Of a DNA stretch of 64,000 nt, positions 35,660-45,800 are shown piece after piece. Position 1 is the stretch's first letter. Each line of letters starts with the position of its first letter. Under the pieces are notes generated by a model, which saw only the letters and a program-made list of their open reading frames with translations, made no database searches and was not told where the DNA came from. A program made the translations under genes and the position numbers. Source of the DNA: Mantamonas sphyraenae STR306 (taxonomy: Eukaryota; Protista; CRuMs). The DNA lies in NCBI GenBank assembly GCA_026936335.1, contig JAPMXV010000007.1, positions 186,001 through 250,000 on the forward strand, written 5' to 3'.

Positions 35660-36305
35660 ATGCCTCGCACGCTGAAGCATCATGAGCGGAAGCTGCTGAA
35701 AAAGGTGGACTTTCTTAATTGGAAGCGGGAGCAGAACCTGCGTGAGCTGGCCGTGGTGAGGCGGTACCGTCTTCAGGACCGTGAGGATTACCACCGGTAC
35801 AACAAGCTGTGTGGCCTGATCAAGAAGTTGACAAGCAAGCTGGTGAAGCTGGAACAGAGCGACCCGTACAGGATGGCCATGACCGAAGCGCTTCTGGAGA
35901 AACTGTGGGTTGTCCGGGTGTGAGATGCTCACATGCGGCGGACGGAAATCTCGGCACTCGTCCGCAGCGCGTCGCTGACACGCAGGAGACACTGGACACA
36001 GGTACACGATGGGCGCCATCCCAACCAAGAAGAGCCTTGCGCTGTGCGACAAAATCACGGTGGCCTCGTTCTGCAGGCGGAGACTGGCTGTGATGCTGGT
36101 TCGGTTGAAGATGGCCGAGACACTGCGGCAGGCGACGACGTTTATTGAGCAGGGCCACGTGCGTGTGGGACCCGAGACTGTCACCGACCCGGCCTTTCTG
36201 GTGTCCCGCACCATGGAGGACTTTGTAACCTGGACGGACCGCAGCAAGATCAAGCGTCACGTCATGCGCTACAACGACAAGCTGGACGACTATGATTTGC
36301 TGTGA
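35660..36305 (+). CDS. IMP3: U3 snoRNP protein IMP3; intron 35905-36001
   Basis: [17 protein letters not shown]...[12 protein letters not shown] in exon 1, and SFCRRRLAV...[29 protein letters not shown]...DKLDDYDLL in exon 2. Confidence 0.95.
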
Positions 36306-36362
36306 GCGGGGCATTGTCATGGAGATGAAAGGAATGAGGGCAATGAATTGTGTACATACGAT

Positions 36363-36834
36363 TTATATTACAACTTGGAAGCGACCAAGACTCAGCGCAA
36401 CGTAGGCGCTGGCCTGCAGGAGTCCCCACAGGCAGGCTTCCCAAGGATACATAACAAAAGGCCCCGTGCGATAGACGGCCGCCAGGAGGGAGTTGGAGAC
36501 GGCGCCTGTGAAGAAGCCGACGAGAGAGCCGATGAACGCCAACCCAAACGGCGCGGCGGCGCTCTTGCCCGTGCGTAGCACATGGACAGCCACAAAACCG
36601 ATGCAAAAGTACACCAGAGATGTGCCCACACACGTCCAAATGGTGGCGTAGAGCCACATGTCTTGGGAGCACGCCGGCGGGAAGACGGATGGTTGGAACG
36701 AGAGCAGCAGCGGGGGGGGGTGGGGGAAGGCGCGGTCAGCTCGTGAAGGATGGACGGTTGGAAAGAGGCAACGAATGGGAAGTCGGCGGTACTGTACCTC
36801 GGTACGCGGTGAGGGGTGGCCCAGTGATGTCCAT
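36363..36834 (-). CDS. TMEM170: TMEM170 family ER membrane protein; intron 36797-36662
   Basis: The spliced product MDITGPPLTAYRDMWLYATIWT...LLAAVYRTGPFVMYPWEACLWGLLQ...LGRF has three TM segments and the MW...W / AxVYR / M..xEA..G..Q pattern of TMEM170. Confidence 0.8.
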
Positions 36835-36901
36835 TGGAAAACGGTGGGGTTGGGCTGCGTGCGTGGGGGCTGCCAAGGTCTGACGACGAGAAGACATCGC
36901 G

Positions 36902-38449
36902 ATGGCAGCGACGGCGGAGGATGAAGCATGGAATGCACTCTTTGCCAACAATGGGGACGCAGAGGCAGTGGAAAAGGCGTTGGGTGTGGTGAACGAGGCG
37001 GTGGGAGCGGGGCAAAAGACGCAGGTGGCGACACAGCCGCCGCTGAAGAGGCGGAGGCGCAAAGACAAAACGGGCGGGGCAAGCGCGTCCTCATCATCCA
37101 ACTCGACGTCTTTGCTCTCTTTGGACGGCGCCCTGGACAACTCACTGGACACGTCGTTGGAAGCATCGTTGGACGAGTCGCTGGAGCTGATGGGTGACGA
37201 GAGCGCTCTGTGGACGGAAAAGAGCAACTCGGCAGCTGAACAGGCACAGGCCGGGCTTAGCGAGGCAGCGCGACAGCACGTGCTACGCAACGCCAACACA
37301 AAAGACGCGGTGTGTCAGAACTGTGGGGCCATGAACATGCTGCCAGAAAACGGAGTGATGACATGCCAGATGTGCGGGATGGAAAACCCGCAAGCCGTGG
37401 TGTTTGACGGGAGCAGGACCACAGGCACAGGCATTGCCGAGGATGCGGACGACAAGCGAGCAGCACGTGTTCAGAACGAAGTGGTGAGGCGTTCGGTGCG
37501 TGGTGACAACGAAACACTGAGCACAGACGTGGCGTCGTCCGGCAGCAACGACGCAACCGCACGCAAGCTGCAGCAGGTGCAAAAGGCTCTGGCCACCAAG
37601 GAAGCCACGCGGTATCGCGCATTTGAGCGTCTGGACGGTCAAATTGAAGGCTGGTGCCAGCAGCTGGGGGTGCACGAGGTGATCACACGACGAGCAAAGG
37701 AAAACCTGTGGCGATTCCTGGAAACCAAGCGTCGTCCTAGCGTGGGCATGGCCGGGGCGTGCATCTATGTGGCGTGCAAGCAACTGGTGCATGGGGAAAA
37801 GGTGGTGCACGCTGCGTTTACGCTGAACGAGGTGCAGGCTGTGGTGGACGGCGCAGAACCCAAGGAGATGCGACGCATTGTGTCCCTGCTGACAGGCCCC
37901 ATGCACATCACCATTGCCAAGGCAGAAGCCACAGAGCTTGCGGAACGATTCATGGACCAGTTGCAGGTGAAGGATCCGCTGCGGTCGCGTGTGATCAAGG
38001 CCATCCACAACATCGAAGACTACGACCTGGCGCCATCGGGTGTGCTTCCAGCCACCGTGGCTGCTGCTGCCATCTACTTTGTGTCGTCGCGACATAGCGT
38101 GCATGACAAGGGCAAGTCGCTGACCCAGAAAAAGGTCGCCACCTCCGCGGGCATCACCGCCTTTACGCTGCGCAAGCTGGCCAAGAAGCTGGAACAGAGA
38201 CAGTGTGTGGTGTTGGAGGGCACGGATGCGGGGCATGACAAGCTTTCCGAGCCGTCCAGCATGTCCAACAGCCACGGCAGCCCCAGCGCAAGCCATGACC
38301 ACGACGAGGAGCAGGGGGATGACGACGAGGGCGAGGGCGAGGAGGTGAATGGTGGAAACAAGAGCGACAAAGAGGAAAGTGGCGACGGCAGTGATGGCGG
38401 ACAAACAAGCGACGCTATGGATGCGCTCGAGTCGTTGTTTGCACTGTGA
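36902..38449 (+). CDS. Divergent TFIIB-family transcription initiation factor
   Basis: Zn ribbon CQNC...CQMC, two cyclin-fold repeats (AGACIYVACK...FTLNEV and PATVAAAAIY...TQKKVA..AGIT..TLRK), a basic NLS-like PPLKRRRRK and an acidic tail. Confidence 0.85.
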   Translation: MAATAEDEAWNALFANNGDAEAVEKALGVVNEAVGAGQKTQVATQPPLKRRRRKDKTGGASASSSSNSTSLLSLDGALDNSLDTSLEASLDESLELMGDESALWTEKSNSAAEQAQAGLSEAARQHVLRNANTKDAVCQNCGAMNMLPENGVMTCQMCGMENPQAVVFDGSRTTGTGIAEDADDKRAARVQNEVVRRSVRGDNETLSTDVASSGSNDATARKLQQVQKALATKEATRYRAFERLDGQIEGWCQQLGVHEVITRRAKENLWRFLETKRRPSVGMAGACIYVACKQLVHGEKVVHAAFTLNEVQAVVDGAEPKEMRRIVSLLTGPMHITIAKAEATELAERFMDQLQVKDPLRSRVIKAIHNIEDYDLAPSGVLPATVAAAAIYFVSSRHSVHDKGKSLTQKKVATSAGITAFTLRKLAKKLEQRQCVVLEGTDAGHDKLSEPSSMSNSHGSPSASHDHDEEQGDDDEGEGEEVNGGNKSDKEESGDGSDGGQTSDAMDALESLFAL

Positions 38450-38541
38450 CGAGTTCGACCGAACGGCGCAAGCATCCATTCAGACGAACTGAATCAAGCA
38501 CTCAGAATAGACTGTGCATTGGTTTGGTTCTCATCAAGTGG

Positions 38542-40128
38542 TCAATTGGTCGAGACATTATTCGCCGGCGTTGCGTGCAGCAGATACCGCTGCAGGTACA
38601 CAATTGCGGAGGAGCAGACGACCCAGATGATCTGCATGACGAGCGAGTGGGAAATACGCACTCCAAAAAAGGTAATCCCATTAAACTCGCGCGTGGCATC
38701 GAGGTAGTTGACGAGGTGTTTGATGTGTACACGCACGCTGTTGCACAGGGTGTGCTCGTCCACATCGGTCTGCTCCTTCTCATGCAGGCGCAGCACATCC
38801 TGTGCAATGTCGTCAATCCGAGACGGTTCCAGCAGGCGTGCAAGACCCACATGAACTTCCTCCATGATGGAGCTGACCCTGGAGCAGGTCCACAGAAGGT
38901 ACAGGGTGCCTGGCATCAACACCAGCGACCACACCGTGTTGACCATCTTGAACACCAGCAGCACCTGCGAATCGGCGGAGGTGGTGTCAAACACAGCCAA
39001 GCCCACACTGGCAGCCAGGTACAGCAGCTGGAACGCAAGTACGAGGACCATGGGGGCGGCAATCCACCCGCTCACTTGCGCAGTCGTCACGAGCAACGCA
39101 TCCAGCTTGTGGTCGACCTGACCCAAGGAAGTGCGCACCATCCAATGTTCGTTAGGTTCGCTTCTGTCGTGAGGCTGTGTGACCACAGCCACACGGTCGC
39201 CATCATCGTCACCACCGCTGCGGCCGGTGCTTTCCGGCTGCGTCGCAATTTTCTGCGCCTTGAGCAGCTCTTCCAACTGCCTCCCTTGTTGCAACACACA
39301 GTCGACCATGACGGTGCCCGTCAGAATACAAGCGCACATGGGGGCAAGCAGGTAGAAGTTGTAGGTGACGCTAAAGAGGAAGAAAAGCGGGAGCAGGATC
39401 AACACACGCACCACTACAGACACGCCTTCCTTGTCGTACAGGGTCCAGGCAGACACCATCTGCAGCGCACATATGGACACCGAGGTGACAATCACAGAGC
39501 CGATGAGAAGACGCCCCGTGGTTGCATCTGTGGCGCGCACACGCTCCAGGGACTCGTCGGTCAGAACGCGCTGGTCAAACACAGGCAGCAAAGCGCGCTG
39601 CAGCGGCTTCTTGCTGTAGTTGACGGCCACAAACACGACGTTGCTGAGCAACACAAAGCCTGTAAACATGCAGGCGAGCACAATAAAGTTGGAGGGCACC
39701 ACAAAGACGTGTTCAGCCACTTGAGGCGTCGGGTACCACACGCCGTCATTCAGCGCGAGCACAACAAAGACACCCACTGCCATGCTCACAGACAGCATCA
39801 GCATGATCATATGTACCACTGTGCGCCAGGATCGCTGTCCACGCGGTGGGATAAGCAGCGAGGAGACGCTGAGAAGGGTGCGTGTGGTTGGCAAGGATTC
39901 CAGGTACCCGTACAGCCGTGCCTGTGGGTCGCTGACGTCGTCCTTATCTGCAAGCAAGGCCGTGTGCATCGACGGCGATGGCGCATCTTTGCCATCGCCG
40001 TCGTCATCTGTGACCACCTGGTACCCTGTGGTGGACATGCGGTCGGTGTTTGGTGTGTTGTCGGTTGCGCGTCTGCGCTTGCGGTGGCAACTTGGCCAGC
40101 AGCAGCAGCACCACCCATTCCCAACCAT
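38542..40128 (-). CDS. Seven-transmembrane gustatory-receptor-like (GRL/7TMIC) protein
   Basis: Seven hydrophobic segments, with a long loop between TM4 and TM5. The C-terminal GITFFGVRISHSLVMQIIWVVCSSAIVYLQ resembles the TM7a/TM7b signature of Gr/GRL/DUF3537 proteins. The start may be 40128 or 40038. Confidence 0.65.
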   Translation of the reverse strand: MVGNGWCCCCWPSCHRKRRRATDNTPNTDRMSTTGYQVVTDDDGDGKDAPSPSMHTALLADKDDVSDPQARLYGYLESLPTTRTLLSVSSLLIPPRGQRSWRTVVHMIMLMLSVSMAVGVFVVLALNDGVWYPTPQVAEHVFVVPSNFIVLACMFTGFVLLSNVVFVAVNYSKKPLQRALLPVFDQRVLTDESLERVRATDATTGRLLIGSVIVTSVSICALQMVSAWTLYDKEGVSVVVRVLILLPLFFLFSVTYNFYLLAPMCACILTGTVMVDCVLQQGRQLEELLKAQKIATQPESTGRSGGDDDGDRVAVVTQPHDRSEPNEHWMVRTSLGQVDHKLDALLVTTAQVSGWIAAPMVLVLAFQLLYLAASVGLAVFDTTSADSQVLLVFKMVNTVWSLVLMPGTLYLLWTCSRVSSIMEEVHVGLARLLEPSRIDDIAQDVLRLHEKEQTDVDEHTLCNSVRVHIKHLVNYLDATREFNGITFFGVRISHSLVMQIIWVVCSSAIVYLQRYLLHATPANNVSTN

Positions 40129-42088
40129 GCCCCTTCGATCCTCGCTGTTTCAAGACTATGAGAAGTACACGTCGGAGCCGCTTGGGGTGCGTGCACGGCG
40201 CATGGTGAACCAGGAGACGGGGTTTGACGAGCTGTACCCACACCTGGCAAAGGCACGGTCTGGTCTGGGGAGTATGCTGGGCAGCAGCCGACGCAAGGTG
40301 GCGCACGCAATGGCCGACGAGTTGGGAGACATGGTGCGTGATGTGAGGGAGCTCGGACTGGATTGGTCGCTGGGAGAGGGCTTTGAGTACGTCCAAGACT
40401 TGGCGGCATCCATGCAGAAACGGTATGAAGACAATGTCAACGAGGTGATGGTTGTGTGGACTCCAGGCAGCAATGTGGCCCCGGGTGTCATCGATCGCTT
40501 CCTGGGCGTGCGTCTGCTCTTTGAGGACGACGACCAGCTGCGTGCCGGTGCCAACAGCTCTTCCTGTGTGCGTGCCATCCACGTCAAGGGCTCGGGAAGC
40601 CACGACAAGAACAAAAATGGCGTCAAGATTGTGGGCGAAGCGTCGTCGGGGCCAGCAAACTCCACCCAGCTGTGGCGTCGCCTGCAGAAAGGAACGGATC
40701 TGACCCTTGCCTTTCCAGACCACCGCTACGACACGGGCGTCATGCAACGCAACAGCGTCGGCTCGGGCGCTGGCGACTTTCAGGTCACTGTGTCGCCCAG
40801 TGTGCTTTCGGCCGACGAATGGCGCAACGCAGGCAACCCGCTGACCCGTCGCTTGTTGCTGGCCGATGCCGTCTTGGTGGCCGGTGCCGACGACGCTGGC
40901 GCCTACGGACGCGCCGTCCTCATGGGCCTGAGCTGTGCGGCGGCCGAGATTGCACACACCAAACACGAAGCGGAGGCCTTTGTGTCGCGTGTGCACAGCC
41001 CGGACACGCAGGATGCCTTTCTGCGTCATCGCACCGCAAAGGTGGTCGATGGCATGTCTCGCACAGCAAACATGGTCTCTGTGCGTCTGCAACCCTACGA
41101 AAGGCAGCTCCTGTACGACATCGATCAACATGAACGGCAATTCGAGGCGGATCTGCGCAGCGCCGACGAGGTCGCTGCGTTGGGCGAGGATGTGCTGGGT
41201 ACGGCTCGCAGGGCCACCACAGGGGTGCAAAAGCAGGCGTATGAGGATGCCATCCATTCCATGGTGCGTCGTTGGATGCCCCCCACGCAACCGCATCGAA
41301 TCGTGGCCGCATTCGAATCGTCCATCAGTCGCCAGGAGTACGCCTTTTCCACCGCCTCCCTGGAAGAGTGGGCCGACCACGTCCTCCGCCGCTTCCGCAA
41401 CCATTCCTCCTATCAATTCTTTGCTCACAATTGGACCCATCACGACGAGTTTCGCGAGTTGAATGACATGCTGGAGCGTGTCCTTGCAACCCTGCCCCCC
41501 GACATCACGGCCACCGTCATGCGCCACAGTGCCATCACTCCCGACCGTGTCGACGAGGCCATGCTTGCGCCCTTGAAGCAGAGCATTGTGTTTGAGCTGC
41601 AACAGGTGCCCGGGTACAGCGCCTGGATTGCCGAAGGGGGTTGGGTGTTGGGATCGCTGTCCACCCTCATCTCCCTCACCATCACCAGTGTCCTTCCCCA
41701 CGAGCCGGCCTTTATCCTGTTTTCCATCCCGCTCGCAGTCATGATTTACATGGGCACCCGTCTTCGCTACCGCCTGGGCATGGCCGCGCGCATATGCGAT
41801 GCAACACGCTCGGCAGGACGCGAGACGCTCAAGCACACCCTCCTCGACAGTTACAAGTGGCGCGAACTGTCCACGTCTGCCATGCGACGCATCGTGGCAG
41901 ACAGCATGGTCCTTGTAGCCGAGCAGGTCCAACTCAGGCTCAGCGACCTCCGCGCACACATCGAACAGCTTGAGGCCGTTGGGCTCGCCCTCCTTGGCAA
42001 GCTCGCCACCCTGCATTCCCTCCGGCAAAGGTTCGATCACTTGCGTGATTTGGACCACATTGTGCAAAGGCACAGTCTTGCGCTGTGA
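40127..42088 (+). CDS. Membrane protein, possibly a dynamin-superfamily (mitofusin/BDLP-like) pseudo-GTPase
   Basis: 653-aa ORF from ATG 40127. It has an N-terminal helix, a G-domain-like strand/helix pattern with degenerate motifs, a helical stalk, a TM hairpin (WVLGSLSTLISLTITSV / AFILFSIPLAVMIYMG) and a C-terminal coiled coil. The CDS is solid; the family is inference. Confidence 0.55.
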   Translation: MPLRSSLFQDYEKYTSEPLGVRARRMVNQETGFDELYPHLAKARSGLGSMLGSSRRKVAHAMADELGDMVRDVRELGLDWSLGEGFEYVQDLAASMQKRYEDNVNEVMVVWTPGSNVAPGVIDRFLGVRLLFEDDDQLRAGANSSSCVRAIHVKGSGSHDKNKNGVKIVGEASSGPANSTQLWRRLQKGTDLTLAFPDHRYDTGVMQRNSVGSGAGDFQVTVSPSVLSADEWRNAGNPLTRRLLLADAVLVAGADDAGAYGRAVLMGLSCAAAEIAHTKHEAEAFVSRVHSPDTQDAFLRHRTAKVVDGMSRTANMVSVRLQPYERQLLYDIDQHERQFEADLRSADEVAALGEDVLGTARRATTGVQKQAYEDAIHSMVRRWMPPTQPHRIVAAFESSISRQEYAFSTASLEEWADHVLRRFRNHSSYQFFAHNWTHHDEFRELNDMLERVLATLPPDITATVMRHSAITPDRVDEAMLAPLKQSIVFELQQVPGYSAWIAEGGWVLGSLSTLISLTITSVLPHEPAFILFSIPLAVMIYMGTRLRYRLGMAARICDATRSAGRETLKHTLLDSYKWRELSTSAMRRIVADSMVLVAEQVQLRLSDLRAHIEQLEAVGLALLGKLATLHSLRQRFDHLRDLDHIVQRHSLAL

Positions 42089-42135
42089 GGAGCGCGACCT
42101 GCAACACTTTATCTCATTTTCCACCAACAAGAACC

Positions 42136-42330
42136 ATGGCAGACGCAACGAAATTCTGGCTCAGCTTTGTTTTCCTCATCATCTCATGCATGGTGTTTGG
42201 CTTCATGCTCGGTTTCGGCATCGCTGGCAACATGCAGGGTCTGATCGGTGGCTCCTTCGGTCTCTTGGGCGCCATCATCCCATCGGCCCGCGGCGTTGTC
42301 GTCTACCGTCCTTCGGATGAATCTGGCTGA
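42136..42330 (+). CDS. Small 64-aa Gly-rich two-TM membrane protein
   Basis: Good start context (gaaccATGg), host-like codon use and two hydrophobic segments; 47 bp downstream of the previous stop. Confidence 0.55.
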   Translation: MADATKFWLSFVFLIISCMVFGFMLGFGIAGNMQGLIGGSFGLLGAIIPSARGVVVYRPSDESG

Positions 42331-42895
42331 TCGAACAGGAAATTGCCTTCTCATGGCCGTCGCGGGAAACCATCCCACACGCAGAAGAGCAAGCAATTTC
42401 GCGAGCAAAGCTGTCCGAACGTGCCGAACGGAATTCAATGAAAACTGTGTGCCATCACTTCCAATGCTTACCAGCTCATCCTTTGGTGTCCATGCCACTC
42501 TCTCGCACCTTCGATCCGTTCAGTGCGGTCGACAAACACACCCCTCCGAACAAAACTTTTTTGTTTTCAGCCAATGTTCCCGTGTCGCTCATCCAGCCCG
42601 TCCTGACATTCTCCAAAGCATCCGTGTGCTCCCTCCACCCACAGGGCAGTATTCCATGTCTAACCAACCCACAACCACGTCTCATGGCTGAGGGACGGTT
42701 CGTTTTGGGACAAAGCGCCACATTGACGCGTCGAACCTTGCTCCCACCTATCAACTCACCCTGTGAGAAGAAACACGGTGCTTCACACGGCGTGCATTCC
42801 AATCCCCCTCGTCACCACACCATCCTCGACACAGACCCCCCATTCGTTCGCGGTGGCGGGTGGCAAACATCTCCCCGCTCGGCGACTTTCACCCG

Positions 42896-45800
42896 TCACA
42901 AACCCTCCATGGCCTGAAACTGGAAGCTGCGGTCGTGCAACATCGACCCATTGTGGCTTGCACTGCTGCTCGCCCCGCCACCTCGAAGCCGGCTTCGATG
43001 CAGACTGCTGCTTGCCGTCGTTCGCGTCGTCCGCCTTGTGGACGCCATCGACGACGCCTCCAACGTCGAGCTGTTCATCTGCGACATCATCTTGCTTTGA
43101 TACTCCACTTCCTCCTTTAGCGCCACATACTTGCTCTTCTGCTTCTCCAGCTCCACACGGAATTGCACCTCCACCTGGCGTTCCCGCTCCTCCATCTCCC
43201 GTTCCTTCTCCTCCACCACACGTGCCACCTCCACCCGCTGCTGCTGTCTCCAAAGTCTCTGTTGCTCCGCCAACACCCGTTCGCTCTCGCTCTCCATCGC
43301 ACGCATACGCTCCCCGGCCTCCACCAGCTTCCTCTGCATCATCCTGCAATCCTCATGCACCTCGCGCAGGCTCTTCTTCAGCGCCTCAATCTGTTCCTGC
43401 CCTCGCTTCACCTCCTCGCGTGCCTCTTCCGCCGCCTCACGGTCTGCTTTGGCCTGTGCGTCCCGTTTCCGTGCCTCGTCCGCCCCCAAAGTCCGCAATT
43501 CTTCCTCAAACTCCCGCTGCCGCCCGCGGATGATGTCTGCGCACTCCTGTTGCATCGCCTGCAGCTCTACTTCTTGCTTTTGCCTGTATCTAGCCACCTC
43601 TTCCTGGTACTCCTTGCCCAGCCGCTGCATCTCCGCCTTCAACTCTGCGTACACCGCGTCCTGCGCCTCCTTACCCCGCTTCTCCAGGCTCTGCATGCGT
43701 CGCGTTTTGTCCGCCACAGCCTCTTGCAACGACGTCGTCTCCATTTCCAGCTGTCGCACCACAGCCGCCGCGTTGCGATGCGCATCCACTGCGTCGCTCG
43801 CCCTTCGCTCCGCCTCATCGATGCTCACCTGCATGCGTTCCTTGCACACACGTACAGCCTCCTCCACCGCACGTTCCTGCCGCACCTGCCACTGTCGCTC
43901 AAGCAACACCTCGCGTTCGTCCTGTTCTGTCTCACGTCGCTTCTCCATCCGTCGCATCGACACCTGCACCTCCTCCCATGCCCGCTTCACGCGTCGGATC
44001 CCATCCAACACACCTTCTCCGTCCTCACCTTCGTCTTCGCTACCCCGGCCCCCTTCTGTGTCCTCCACGTCGCTCTCTCCCGCCGCCCGTTGCATGTGCC
44101 TGCAAAGGCCTCGCAGCATGCTGGACGCCTGCCTGTGTCCCAGCATCGCTGCGTCGGCCTCTTTGTGCAGACGCTGCACCTCTCTCTCCTGTACACGCAC
44201 CTCCTCTTGTGCCTCCTCCAGCGCCATCCTCAACTCGTGCATCTGCGCTTCCAACACTCCCATGCGCTCCACGCTCGCATCCACCTCCCCCTGCAGTTGC
44301 TCCACCAACCCAGCCTCCTTCTTGTCCTCCAGTTCCCGATGGCTTTGTCGCAACATGCCCACCAGCCCGGCTGTACTCTGTGCACTGCGTTCGTACACCG
44401 CGCGCAGTCGCTCTTCCAGCCGCTTGCCACTGTCCAACACGTCACCCACCGCCTTTTCTACACTCCACACCACCGTTTCCTCTGCGTTTCCTTCATCGTC
44501 CTCCTCGCTGCCGCCGTCTCGCCACCCCCGCCTCTGTACATACGGTGACGATGACGGCTCAAACACCAGCGACGACGTCGACGTCGACGTGCTGCCGTTG
44601 CCCGCGTGAAACGAGCCTCGTGTGCTTTCTGCAGTCACAAACGGCCAGCCAAGCGCCACGTCCTCTTGCCACGCCTCCACCTGCACAATGCTCCTGCGCA
44701 ACACGTGAGACATCCACCTGTCCAGCCGCTCCACAGCCCCACGCATGCTCTCTTTCTCCCGCTCCAGCTTCTTCTGTCTCCTTTGTGCCCGCTGGCTCTC
44801 TGCCTGCGCCTCTTCCACCTGCGCCTCCAGTTTCCTGATCGCTTCCTTCTTTGCTCGAATTTCCTCTCCCGAGCGCACCGCCAGCGCTTCCAACGCGCTC
44901 ACCTTGCTCAGTTCCTCCAACACAGACGCAGGTACGCCATAATCCTTTGTGCTTCGCGTTTCCTGCGCTGCCGCTGCCGCTGCCGATGGCGATGGCGATG
45001 GTGATGCCTTGGCAGAGGCCGAGTCGGCCACGGCTTCGAGCTCCTTTCGCTTGCGAAGTTCCTCCATCTCCTCTCGCATGCTCTTGGCCACCTTCTCCTG
45101 GGCCAACACCTGCGCTTCAGCCGCTTGCACCGCTGTTCTTGCCAGTGCCAGCTGCTGCTCCAGCGCGTCCACCTTGCGCACGTGTGCATCTTCAGCTGTG
45201 GCCGCTTGAGACTCGGCCAGCGCCAGACGTGCCTCCAACGATTCGATGCGTGCATTCTGTCTGCTTGCCTGCGTGTCTGCCTGTGTTTTGTACCGCATCA
45301 ACGCCTCCTGCTCCTCCTGCATTTGAGACACAGCCGCCTTCCATTGCGCTTCGCCCTCCTGCCGCTGTGCAGCCACTTGCCGCGCCTGCGCCAGCTGCTG
45401 GTGCAACACACGGTTCTCTTGCATGATGCCCTGCACGCTGCCCTCCACGTTGCTCTGCATCCGTGTGTACTCCTCCGCCAACGACTCAAGCTCCGCCGTC
45501 TTTTCGCCCAGCTGCTTCAGCATGGCGTTCACCTTGTCGTCGGCCTCCCGTTTGGCACGCTCCGTCTGTGAGCGTGCCTCCAGCACTTCGTCCATTTTGA
45601 TCCGCAGCAGCTTGTCCGCCTGTGCCGCCCGCTCCTCCATTCGCCTGCGTTCACCCACCAGCTCCTCTGCACGGCCCTCCAGATCCCTGTTGCGAGCTTG
45701 CAACAGTCTCACCTCGTGCTCCAGTTCCTGCATGCGCCGTGCGCCGTGTTTCGCCTGCGCCACCGCCTCCTGCGTGCTTTCGTCCAGTCCCGTCCGCCAC

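Noticed and set aside
40004-42148. 714-aa minus-strand ORF; similarly plus-strand 32309-34330, 38446-40161 and 58184-60544
   Set aside because: These are antisense shadows of better-supported genes on the opposite strand.
42690-42750. GGTTCGA (tRNA T-loop-like) on the minus strand
   Set aside because: No T-stem pairing or cloverleaf could be built.
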